A stretch of DNA of 11,727 bases from Fidelibacterota bacterium (lineage in GTDB: Bacteria; Fidelibacterota; Marinisomatia; Marinisomatales; TCS55), in the NCBI GenBank assembly GCA_046861385.1, contig JBHHTW010000049.1:1-11727 (forward strand), given 5' to 3'. This document shows, piece by piece, positions 1-7,621 of the stretch; within the stretch, counting starts at the first letter, position 1; each line of letters opens with the position of its first letter. The position numbers and the translations under genes are program-made. Under the pieces are notes generated by a model. The model had not been told where the DNA came from and did not search any database. It saw nothing but the letters and a program-made list of their open reading frames with translations.

Positions 1-50
1 ATATAACTTGGCGCTGGAGTTATAGATTGGGATTAATGAAGAGATCTAAA

Positions 51-473
51 ATGAAAAGATTAATAATTATATTACTAACGCTATTTTGGTTTGGCTGTGA
101 AGATAAGAAGGAAAAAGATTCAAATCATTTAAAAGGTATTTGGGAAATGGACATGATATATAATTTTGACGATTCAACATTTGTTGAAGTAGATGAAATA
201 TTCTGGTACATTGAATTAGATCTAGAATTTAGAGAAAGATATATCAACTACGTGGGCACAGATACTGCCTGTTTTACTGATTGGGAAAACGAGCAAGTCT
301 TTCAATTATTCGATCCCGATTCCGGGACGGTCCTTTGGCTTGCCGGTGGAGGTGTCATTCGTGTTGGGTTAAAAGTCGAAAATGAAAGACTAAATATATC
401 AGTTGAAGATGATGGAATTATTGCAAAAGGGATAAAATCAACTACATCAGACTTCACACCATTATGTGAATAA
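51..473 (+). CDS. Hypothetical lipoprotein (about 140 aa)
   Basis: ATG at 51 gives MKRLIIILLTLFWFG|C, a basic N-terminus, hydrophobic core and lipobox-like Cys16, followed by 'LKGIWE' as in lipocalin-like lipoproteins. Alternative starts are TTG 27 and ATG 36. Confidence 0.75.
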   Translation: MKRLIIILLTLFWFGCEDKKEKDSNHLKGIWEMDMIYNFDDSTFVEVDEIFWYIELDLEFRERYINYVGTDTACFTDWENEQVFQLFDPDSGTVLWLAGGGVIRVGLKVENERLNISVEDDGIIAKGIKSTTSDFTPLCE

Positions 474-478
474 TCGAC

Positions 479-504
479 CCCTGATATCACGACGGTAATC
501 AGGG
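479..504. terminator. Hairpin between the lipoprotein gene and the convergent tRNA-repeat array
   Basis: CCCTGAT (479-485) pairs with ATCAGGG (498-504); no clear U-tract. Confidence 0.3.
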
Positions 505-516
505 ATTCATGAGGGC

Positions 517-559
517 GTACCCGGGGCCGCCTGCCTAGTCGGCAGACAGGGACTCGAAT
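517..559 (-). repeat. tRNA-Leu 3'-end copy 1 with 21-nt hairpin insertion
   Basis: GTACCCGGGGCCG + CCTGCCTAGTCGGCAGACAGG + GACTCGAA. The flanks match 1172-1192 at the 3' end of tRNA-Leu. Confidence 0.9.
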
Positions 560-666
560 GACTATGTTGCTGTTACCAATGGTTATAATAGTTAGAAGTT
601 GAAGTATATTCCGTAACATTGTCGCTGGAGCCGAATGTCCAATACTGCCTTTAATTTCATATAATC

Positions 667-692
667 AAAAACCCCCTTATTTAGGGGGTTTT
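667..692 (-). terminator. Intrinsic terminator, repeat copy (probably bidirectional)
   Basis: AAAACCCCCT-TATTT-AGGGGGTTTT, identical to the terminator after tRNA-Leu. Confidence 0.8.
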
Positions 693-699
693 ACGTCGA

Positions 700-742
700 G
701 TACCCGGGGCCGCCTGCCTAGTCGGCAGACAGGGACTCGAAT
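700..742 (-). repeat. tRNA-Leu 3'-end copy 2 with 21-nt hairpin insertion
   Basis: Identical 43-mer to 517-559. Further tRNA similarity GCTACCAATaGATTTTA continues to about 771. Confidence 0.9.
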
Positions 743-954
743 CACTAAATTACGGCTACCAATAGATTTTATGGATAAGAACTTTGAGTGTCTTCTCTAA
801 TATTGCCGTAGGAGCCGGCTGTCTCTGCTGATTATGACCCAAAAGTAAGACGCCCGAAAATAGTTTAAATGATCAATCAAATATAAATAAATAAGCAACA
901 GGTTTGTTTATTTCCGGCAATTGCTGTCTTACCCTGTCTTTTATTTAATGTAAT

Positions 955-981
955 AAAAAACCCCCTTATTTAGGGGGTTTT
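955..981 (-). terminator. Intrinsic terminator, repeat copy
   Basis: Same CCCCCT/AGGGGG hairpin with A/T tracts. Confidence 0.8.
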
Positions 982-988
982 ACGTCGA

Positions 989-1031
989 GTACCCGGGGCC
1001 GCCTGCCTAGTCGGCAGACAGGGACTCGAAT
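989..1031 (-). repeat. tRNA-Leu 3'-end copy 3 with 21-nt hairpin insertion
   Basis: Identical 43-mer; part of the exact duplication 517-712 = 989-1184. Confidence 0.9.
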
Positions 1032-1138
1032 GACTATGTTGCTGTTACCAATGGTTATAATAGTTAGAAGTTGAAGTATATTCCGTAACATTGTCGCTGG
1101 AGCCGAATGTCCAATACTGCCTTTAATTTCATATAATC

Positions 1139-1164
1139 AAAAACCCCCTTATTTAGGGGGTTTT
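1139..1164 (-). terminator. Intrinsic terminator of the tRNA-Cys/Leu transcript
   Basis: GC hairpin followed by a U-tract on the minus strand, 8 nt downstream of tRNA-Leu. Confidence 0.85.
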
Positions 1165-1172
1165 ACGTCGAG

Positions 1173-1256
1173 TACCCGGGGCCGGACTCGAACCGGCACG
1201 GTATTGCTACCAATGGATTTTAAGTCCATAGTGTCTACCAATTCCACCACCCGGGC
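1173..1256 (-). tRNA. tRNA-Leu(TAA)
   Basis: Reverse complement GCCCGGGTGGTGGAATTGGTAGACACT-ATGGA-CTTAAAA-TCCAT-TGGTAGCAATACCGT-GCCGG-TTCGAGT-CCGGC-CCCGGGTA: full cloverleaf, long variable arm, anticodon TAA, no encoded CCA. Confidence 0.97.
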
Positions 1257-1266
1257 AACATGAATT

Positions 1267-1333
1267 TTTGAGGCGTCGATCGGATTCCCCGCCAACTAAA
1301 AGGCCGGCAGGGAGCCTTGAATGACAGTTTCGC
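1267..1333 (-). pseudogene. tRNA-Cys 3'-half copy with hairpin replacing part of the T-arm
   Basis: 1267-1286 = 1352-1371 and 1318-1330 = 1380-1392. The 8 nt between them in the tRNA are replaced by 31 nt (1287-1317). Confidence 0.85.
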
Positions 1334-1355
1334 TATCTGTTCCTAAATCCATTTG

Positions 1356-1429
1356 AGGCGTCGATCGGATTTGAACCGATGAATGACAGTTTTGCAAACT
1401 GCTCCCTTGGACCACTTGGGTACGACGCC
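1356..1429 (-). tRNA. tRNA-Cys(GCA)
   Basis: Reverse complement GGCGTCG...GCAGT-TTGCAAA-ACTGT...ATCGG-TTCAAAT-CCGAT-CGACGCC-T: anticodon GCA, U discriminator. Confidence 0.97.
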
Positions 1430-1478
1430 AATTGCATGTTAATCTTCATAAAAAAGCCGGTGAATTTACTGAGCTTTT

Positions 1479-1625
1479 TTACACAAATCTGAATAATAAT
1501 TCACGAATGGCATCTACATTTATCTTTAATGCCTGAATCGCCTGGTATTGCATCCATAATTGTAATGATATGGATAGAAATCCTGTAATGACGATAACAT
1601 ATAAATACTTAATATGTTTTTCCAT
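1479..1625 (-). CDS. Small single-pass membrane protein (48 aa), absent from the ORF track
   Basis: MEKHIKYLYVIVITGFLSISLQLWMQYQAIQALKINVDAIRELLFRFV; AAGGAG Shine-Dalgarno (1631-1636) 5 nt upstream; hairpin with T-tracts at 1450-1480 directly downstream. Confidence 0.7.
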   Translation of the reverse strand: MEKHIKYLYVIVITGFLSISLQLWMQYQAIQALKINVDAIRELLFRFV

Positions 1626-1668
1626 GGTTGCTCCTTTTTGGTCATAAAACTTTGTTGTATTTTACACT

Positions 1669-1896
1669 ATGGATTTAATCAAATTAAACATGTATCAGCG
1701 CCTGCGGGATTTTAATGTACCCATTTTTATTTTAGATGAGATTTTTTCAAGCGCAGATGATTTGGAAATATTAACGTCAAACTGGAAAAAATTGGAATCA
1801 TTTAACATGACAGGTGACGAAATTGCCAAAGAAGTGGCAAAAATTATCTTTGACCAGTTAAAAATGACTCCGGATCAATTGATGGACGAAAAGTAA
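1669..1896 (+). CDS. Hypothetical acidic cytoplasmic protein (75 aa)
   Basis: Clean ORF with protein-like composition, filling the gap between neighbours; 22-nt convergent overlap with 1875-2243. Confidence 0.7.
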   Translation: MDLIKLNMYQRLRDFNVPIFILDEIFSSADDLEILTSNWKKLESFNMTGDEIAKEVAKIIFDQLKMTPDQLMDEK

Positions 1897-2243
1897 TATT
1901 TCGTAATTCTGCTTTTTGGGATTGTTTCGGGGAGGTTCATCATTTTCTCAATTCGGCTTTCATTTATTTTTTGTACTATTGATTTTCCCTGCTTTATTAA
2001 ATCATTTTCCAGAAGATCCGGTTTATGCAAGAGCAAGAATAATTTCTCATCAGCGTTCAAAATGGATTGAAGATCTGACGATTTTATGATGCTGGTCATA
2101 TAATATTCGTAATCTTCCAAAACATGCTCCTCAATTCTGGTTGCAATATTGTAATAATGCTTCTTGACTTTAATTGGAACAGAATTTTCCTTGGCATTTA
2201 AACATAGAGTCGAAATAAACCCTAATAAGATTACCAATCTCAT
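1875..2243 (-). CDS. Hypothetical exported protein
   Basis: Signal peptide MRLVILLGFISTLCLNA; ATGA overlap with the upstream peptidase stop. Confidence 0.75.
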   Translation of the reverse strand: MRLVILLGFISTLCLNAKENSVPIKVKKHYYNIATRIEEHVLEDYEYYMTSIIKSSDLQSILNADEKLFLLLHKPDLLENDLIKQGKSIVQKINESRIEKMMNLPETIPKSRITKYYFSSIN

Positions 2244-4324
2244 TCCAAACCCATACTGCGCATAAAAGCGTTTGAATTGGGTTCACGACCTAAAAAGTCC
2301 TTCACCAATGTTAATGGATCTTCTGTTCCTCCTTTTTCAAGAATGATTTTACGATAGCGCAATCCTTCATCTTCATTCATAACACCTTTGTCCTCAAAAA
2401 TGGAAAACATATCCTGTGCGTAGACTTCCGACCATTTATACCCATAATACGCCGCGCCATATCCGTTTAAGTGACCAAATGCGGCTTCCATGTGCGTGCC
2501 TTCTTGATAAGGATAGAATGTAATTTCATTCTGTAATTTTGAAACAATGTCTGTCGTCGTTTCATCTCCATCGGGATTAAATCCATCATGAAGTGTAAAA
2601 TCCAAAAGACCATAATAGACTTGCTGGAGTGCTTTAGTCCCGGAATTAACATTTTTTGCTGCCAGCATTTTATTGAGCAATTCATCCGGTATGATTTCAC
2701 CCGTTATATAATGCTTGGCGAATAATGCCAATGATTCTTTCTGCCAGACCCAATTTTCAAGCATTTGAGATGGGGCTTCAACGAAATCTCTTGCCACCGA
2801 TGTACCGGCATATTCCATCAGGGGTGCTTTAGTTAAAACACCGTGAACTAAATGACCAAATTCATGAAAATAAGTTTCAACGTCGTCATGGGTTAATAAT
2901 GAAGGTTCCAGCTCCGTTGGCTTTGGGAAATTGCAAACCAATGCTGTCGCCGGTTTAGTATATCCATCTTTTGTCATCTTCCCCATAGTGACAGAGAAAG
3001 CTGCTGCATGTCCATATTTATTCGCTCGTGGAAACATGTCCAGGTAGAACCGTCCGATTAATTCATCTGAAACATTATCAAATACTTCGTACATCAATAC
3101 CTCTTCGTGCCAGACCGATGGATTTTCTACCTTTTTGAATTTCACATTAAACAATTTTTGATAAACCGTAAACAATCCGTTTGTCACATTGCTGAATTCA
3201 AAATACTGTCGAACTTCTTCTGGATCAAGATCATATTTTTCTTTCAATAATAAATTTTCATAAAATCCGGCTTCCCAAGATTGGATAATCGAAGCTTTCT
3301 GACCGATTCTTTCGGATTTTATTGAAAGCATTTCTCCAATGTCCATCTCTCCTTTGACCCGGAGTTTGTCTTTTAGATCATTTTCAAAATTCCATACATT
3401 TTCCGGATTTTTTGCCATTCTGTTTTCAGTTCTATATTCAGCATAAGTCTGATATCCAAGAACCTCTACTAACTCCCTTCTTTTCCGAATAATATTATTT
3501 AAAACATCCAAATTTGACTCTACCGCTCTGTTATTAAATTTAAATTTCAAATTTTTCCGGGCATCATCTGATTTAGAATATTTCATAAACGGTCTGTAGG
3601 ATGGATAGGACATATCGATCGCGTATGTGCCATTATTTTGCAATCTAACCTTTTTATAATTTTCAGGAAGACCGGTGATTTCATCTTCAGATACAAAAAG
3701 TGTGTCTTGAAAGTTAGAAATATTTTTATTAAAGGAAAGCCCAAGGTCTGCTAACTCTTTAAAAATAGCCTTGACGTGTTCCCTTTTCTCTTTTGGAAGT
3801 CCAAATCCACTGCGTTTATAATCCAGGAGTTTGTCTTCCAAATACTTCTTTTTATACCCCATGAGTTGATTCGCCTCTTTTGACCTGGAATAAGTAATTA
3901 CTGCATTGTATAAATCTTCATTTAATGAGAAATCAGTTAAATATTTTTGAATTTTACGACTGGATTCTAATCCTTCATCCCGGATTTTTTCGTTCGTGTG
4001 GGTTGAACCCATTAAGTAACCCGGACTCCATACGGATTCAATCACTGCATAAATATCATCAATTCGTACCATAGTATTGTTGAAAGTTCTTTCATTATCA
4101 GGAATGAGTAATATTTCATCTAATATTTGATCGGACACGTCTAAAACATATCGGGTGGCTCTTTCAATATGTCCAGGACGTAATTTTGCAAAATCATGTA
4201 CTTCATTGAATTCCACAATCAATGGATTGGATGACGGTCTTCGAACTTGTGGGTGGTTTTTTGTTAAAACAACCAGAAATACCGCTAAACCAATGATGGC
4301 TACGGTAAGAATATTACGGTTCAT
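2240..4324 (-). CDS. M3A-family zinc oligopeptidase (thimet oligopeptidase / oligopeptidase A-like) with N-terminal anchor or signal
   Basis: YFHEFGH zinc motif, DFVEAPSQMLENW, GRFYLDMFPR and GYGAAYYGYKWSEV are typical of M3A. Confidence 0.95.
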   Translation of the reverse strand: MNRNILTVAIIGLAVFLVVLTKNHPQVRRPSSNPLIVEFNEVHDFAKLRPGHIERATRYVLDVSDQILDEILLIPDNERTFNNTMVRIDDIYAVIESVWSPGYLMGSTHTNEKIRDEGLESSRKIQKYLTDFSLNEDLYNAVITYSRSKEANQLMGYKKKYLEDKLLDYKRSGFGLPKEKREHVKAIFKELADLGLSFNKNISNFQDTLFVSEDEITGLPENYKKVRLQNNGTYAIDMSYPSYRPFMKYSKSDDARKNLKFKFNNRAVESNLDVLNNIIRKRRELVEVLGYQTYAEYRTENRMAKNPENVWNFENDLKDKLRVKGEMDIGEMLSIKSERIGQKASIIQSWEAGFYENLLLKEKYDLDPEEVRQYFEFSNVTNGLFTVYQKLFNVKFKKVENPSVWHEEVLMYEVFDNVSDELIGRFYLDMFPRANKYGHAAAFSVTMGKMTKDGYTKPATALVCNFPKPTELEPSLLTHDDVETYFHEFGHLVHGVLTKAPLMEYAGTSVARDFVEAPSQMLENWVWQKESLALFAKHYITGEIIPDELLNKMLAAKNVNSGTKALQQVYYGLLDFTLHDGFNPDGDETTTDIVSKLQNEITFYPYQEGTHMEAAFGHLNGYGAAYYGYKWSEVYAQDMFSIFEDKGVMNEDEGLRYRKIILEKGGTEDPLTLVKDFLGREPNSNAFMRSMGLE

Positions 4325-4347
4325 TTTAATTTCCTTATTTGAATCGG

Positions 4348-4683
4348 TTAATTACTTAAAATTTTGTATGCGTAAAATATGAAAATGGCTGACGTCGTAC
4401 AATAAGCACATGACACAGTAAATCCTGTCAGTTTCTCTGAATGTTCAAAATCTTTCTCTAATGTTTTATCATTAATCTGCTGAAATATTTTTTTCCCATT
4501 TTCTTCCTTCCTGCAATTCCACATATCCATGATGTATTGAGGCATTTCCTTTACACGAATTGTGCGCATCCCTTCGTTTTTGGCTCGATTGATTAAGTCA
4601 GAATTACATGGAGATTCTTTAATTGTATCTTGAGAAAATCCAAAAGTGGAAAGAATAATCAATACTTTGATACAATTTACCAT
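4348..4683 (-). CDS. Hypothetical exported or membrane protein
   Basis: Signal-like N-terminus ending GFSQ, hydrophobic C-terminus; overlaps the upstream stop by 7 nt. Confidence 0.7.
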   Translation of the reverse strand: MVNCIKVLIILSTFGFSQDTIKESPCNSDLINRAKNEGMRTIRVKEMPQYIMDMWNCRKEENGKKIFQQINDKTLEKDFEHSEKLTGFTVSCAYCTTSAIFIFYAYKILSN

Positions 4684-5342
4684 CCATACACCAAACTAAA
4701 ACTAAAAAGAGGCATATCGGAAATATCGATATCAGGTCCTTTAATGGCTTTTCCGTGAAATTTCCAACTATCACTTTTGTAGTATGTTTCCAAAAAGCCA
4801 ATTTTACCGTCAATCGCCAAAAATGGTTTCACATAGTATCGAACTCCTATGCTGCTGGTCAAACCTAAAAAAGTTTTAGTCATATCGTCCGTATCCGATA
4901 CTTTGATTCCGGAATTATTGAATTCAACCATTAAACTATCCCAAGCTGCACTGGATTGGGATGAAACCAAAGATATTTTTCCGGAATTGATCATCGGCGC
5001 CAAGGTAAAATTCAATTCGAATTTTTTTCGTATATGAAAAAAGGTTTCAATGCTGATCGCTCGATAGCGGAAGGATCTTTTAAAGTCTTCTCCGGAATAC
5101 TTATCGCTGGTAAATGCCGTCCATTGATTATAACCGACCCGGGCATTGGAGTAAAATTGATACGCAAATGATGCGTGTAACATCACGCTTTCAAAAAATC
5201 CCCTTTTGGGGAAAGGACTTTTTGCAAAGGATTTATAATTCGGTGATGCATAACCAAATCCCAAACTACCGCTGAATTTTGGCTGGGCAGTTAAAACGGA
5301 AACTGTCAAAAACAGTGAAACACCTATAATTAATTTTCTCAT
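4677..5342 (-). CDS. Probable small outer-membrane beta-barrel protein
   Basis: Signal peptide, amphipathic beta-strands (SSIGVRYYVKPFLAIDGKIGF), C-terminal beta-signal-like FSFSLVYGW. Confidence 0.75.
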   Translation of the reverse strand: MRKLIIGVSLFLTVSVLTAQPKFSGSLGFGYASPNYKSFAKSPFPKRGFFESVMLHASFAYQFYSNARVGYNQWTAFTSDKYSGEDFKRSFRYRAISIETFFHIRKKFELNFTLAPMINSGKISLVSSQSSAAWDSLMVEFNNSGIKVSDTDDMTKTFLGLTSSIGVRYYVKPFLAIDGKIGFLETYYKSDSWKFHGKAIKGPDIDISDMPLFSFSLVYGW

Positions 5343-5388
5343 AAGAATACTTGAATTTAAACAAGGAATTGCGGATTATTGAACCAGA

Positions 5389-6252
5389 ATGATGCGCTAT
5401 TTATTTCTATTCATGACTATCACAATGTGTTTTTCTCAGGAAGTGAAACATATTATTGTTAAACTGGATGGTTCAACCTCTGTCGGTTTGTTGGATTCTA
5501 TGACGACAGATACGGTTTTCATAACAACCGAAATGGATTCTTCCCAATCCACTATTCCTTTAAAAAACGTTTATTATATTTATAATACCTTTGGAAAACT
5601 TTATTATATAAGTACCCATTATGAGGATAGAATTGATCTAATCGAAGAACGAAGCGGTTTTATTGTTAAAATAAATAGTGATACGCTATATTATTCCAGT
5701 ATTGAAATCGACAGACGCATGGATCAGCCCTATATCTACCTATCCTCACCGGATGAAGAACTGGCACTTAAAGTTTCATTGTTCGATATCCACCTAATTC
5801 GCATAAATACATCATATATGGAACATTCCGTACGCCGGGGAGCCATCACCGGAACATGTCTAATGCTGACAGGGATGGCACTGCAAACATTATTTAATTA
5901 TGGAGATCGGAGAGATAAATTACCAAACAATGCGTCATTATTTCAGAAGGCGAAAACCATGGGGGGAGCCGCTGGAGCGAGTATCATGAACTTTATCCCC
6001 GGCGCTTCATCCGCCGGAAATCAATACCAATCTGTTACAATTATTTTACCTCTCTCGACAATTGGATGGATGATTTATGATTATATTTATGATAAACGAA
6101 CCCATTATTTTCGTCCTATGCTTCGTGATGAACAATTCCCCCATTCAATGTTTTGGTTTAACCCAAAACGGATAATAAAAAACAAAGTTGGAAAAACAAT
6201 TCAAAAAGTTAGAAACGTAATTCAACCATTAACAGAAAAATGGCCATTTTAG
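5389..6252 (+). CDS. Hypothetical exported or membrane protein
   Basis: 287-aa ORF with signal peptide (…MCFSQ) and hydrophobic Gly-rich segments in the C-terminal half. Confidence 0.8.
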   Translation: MMRYLFLFMTITMCFSQEVKHIIVKLDGSTSVGLLDSMTTDTVFITTEMDSSQSTIPLKNVYYIYNTFGKLYYISTHYEDRIDLIEERSGFIVKINSDTLYYSSIEIDRRMDQPYIYLSSPDEELALKVSLFDIHLIRINTSYMEHSVRRGAITGTCLMLTGMALQTLFNYGDRRDKLPNNASLFQKAKTMGGAAGASIMNFIPGASSAGNQYQSVTIILPLSTIGWMIYDYIYDKRTHYFRPMLRDEQFPHSMFWFNPKRIIKNKVGKTIQKVRNVIQPLTEKWPF

Positions 6253-6556
6253 CTATGAATGCAATCTGAAAGGTTTATTTGGAAAACCTGCCCCATCCGT
6301 CCTCTACACTATATTTCAAATGAGGTAGGTGGGAATTCCATCCTTTTTCGATTTATAAATGCACGACTGACATTCTTGTCCGTCGTATTGCAGACAGTAA
6401 TGATTGCAATCCATCTAGAAATTCAACACTGAAAATAAAATCCCTTGTTAGAGTAGACCCAGTTGTACTTTAATACCTTAATTGGAATCTTTATTCAGGA
6501 CGTTATATCCTGCATAATTTTCAAAATAAAATATATACGTAAAAAAACTTTAACGG

Positions 6557-7621
6557 TTATTCAGGTGCCTTAATTCTACCAAAACCTTCATAGGTTAAAC
6601 TACCGAGATATAAATATCCATTATGCTCTTCCACGCTAGTGATAGGTGAAAATGATTCAGGAGAAGGGTCTTGAAGATTATGAATCACATTGCCGTTTTC
6701 ATCAATTCCCATTATAAAACCATACCGATCCGGAGCCGGCTGCATCGATTCCGGTAATCTCATAATCATTTTACGGATAAATGGTTTATCAGCTAAATTA
6801 TCTATGATATCTTTTCTTTTTGATGGGAATGCCACCCAGAAGACACCTTTTCCATTGGACGAAATTCCATCAGGAATCCCAGGTAAATTTTCCATAAGCA
6901 CTTCAGATGTCCCTGTTTTCTCTCCGGCAATCCATATTTTTTGAATTCGATATTCAGATGTTTCGTTCACTAGAACAAATTGTTGATCCGGGCTGACAGC
7001 TACGCCATTTGCAAAATAGAGCTTATCTTTAATGACTTTGGTTTGTTTTGTTTTTGGATAATACGCTAATAATCTTCCATAAGCTCTATGCTCAATGATA
7101 TCAGCTCGATAATTGGATATTTTCCAATTCGATGAGGCATCGGTGAAATAAATAGTACCATCTTTTGCAATATCAACATCATCAGTAAAAACAAAAGGAA
7201 CCCCGTTCGCTTCTGTTGTTAAGGAGGTAATTTGTCCGTCAGGGGCAATGGATAAAAGACCCTTTTTTGCGTCACAAACAATGAGGTTCCCCTTATGATT
7301 AAAATCCATTCCTAGGGGTCGTCCTTCTGTGTTAACGAATTCCTGCCCATGTTGTCCATTTTTATCATAGCGCATAATTCTACCATCTTCAAAAGGTGCG
7401 TAAATTCTCCCTTCGTTGTCCACATCGATGTCTTCCGGACCGATTCCATCGCCTCTGGCAAGGATTTCCGTGGTCTGCAGATATGAGTTGGGCGAATAAT
7501 CTCCAGTTAATTCCGGTGCAGGCATGGGTTCCCAGACAGCGGGGTTAATCTCTACAGGCCAAAAACATAAATATAGGATGATAATAAGAACAACCATTCC
7601 AATGGATTTTAATATTTTCAT
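6557..7621 (-). CDS. Strictosidine synthase-like / SMP-30-gluconolactonase beta-propeller hydrolase (APMAP-like)
   Basis: GPEDI, GRPLG, IYFTDAS, LYFANGVAVSPD, NLPGIPDGI and LYLGSL motifs; N-terminal TM segment. Confidence 0.93.
   Translation of the reverse strand: MKILKSIGMVVLIIILYLCFWPVEINPAVWEPMPAPELTGDYSPNSYLQTTEILARGDGIGPEDIDVDNEGRIYAPFEDGRIMRYDKNGQHGQEFVNTEGRPLGMDFNHKGNLIVCDAKKGLLSIAPDGQITSLTTEANGVPFVFTDDVDIAKDGTIYFTDASSNWKISNYRADIIEHRAYGRLLAYYPKTKQTKVIKDKLYFANGVAVSPDQQFVLVNETSEYRIQKIWIAGEKTGTSEVLMENLPGIPDGISSNGKGVFWVAFPSKRKDIIDNLADKPFIRKMIMRLPESMQPAPDRYGFIMGIDENGNVIHNLQDPSPESFSPITSVEEHNGYLYLGSLTYEGFGRIKAPE

Noticed and set aside
1-25. Integron attC site (TATAAC...GTTATA)
   Set aside because: Far too short for attC, truncated by the window edge, and no integrase is seen.
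530-550. tRNA intron or split tRNA
   Set aside because: The copies lack the 5' half and have a scrambled 5' T-stem, so removing the insert would not restore a cloverleaf.
302-619. 105-aa minus-strand ORF
   Set aside because: It runs through the tRNA-derived repeat and antisense into the lipoprotein gene; the frame is broken in the homologous middle unit.
517-1031. CRISPR array (three identical 43-bp repeats)
   Set aside because: The repeats derive from tRNA-Leu. The intervals are about 140 and 246 bp, mutually homologous and contain terminators. No cas genes are in the window.
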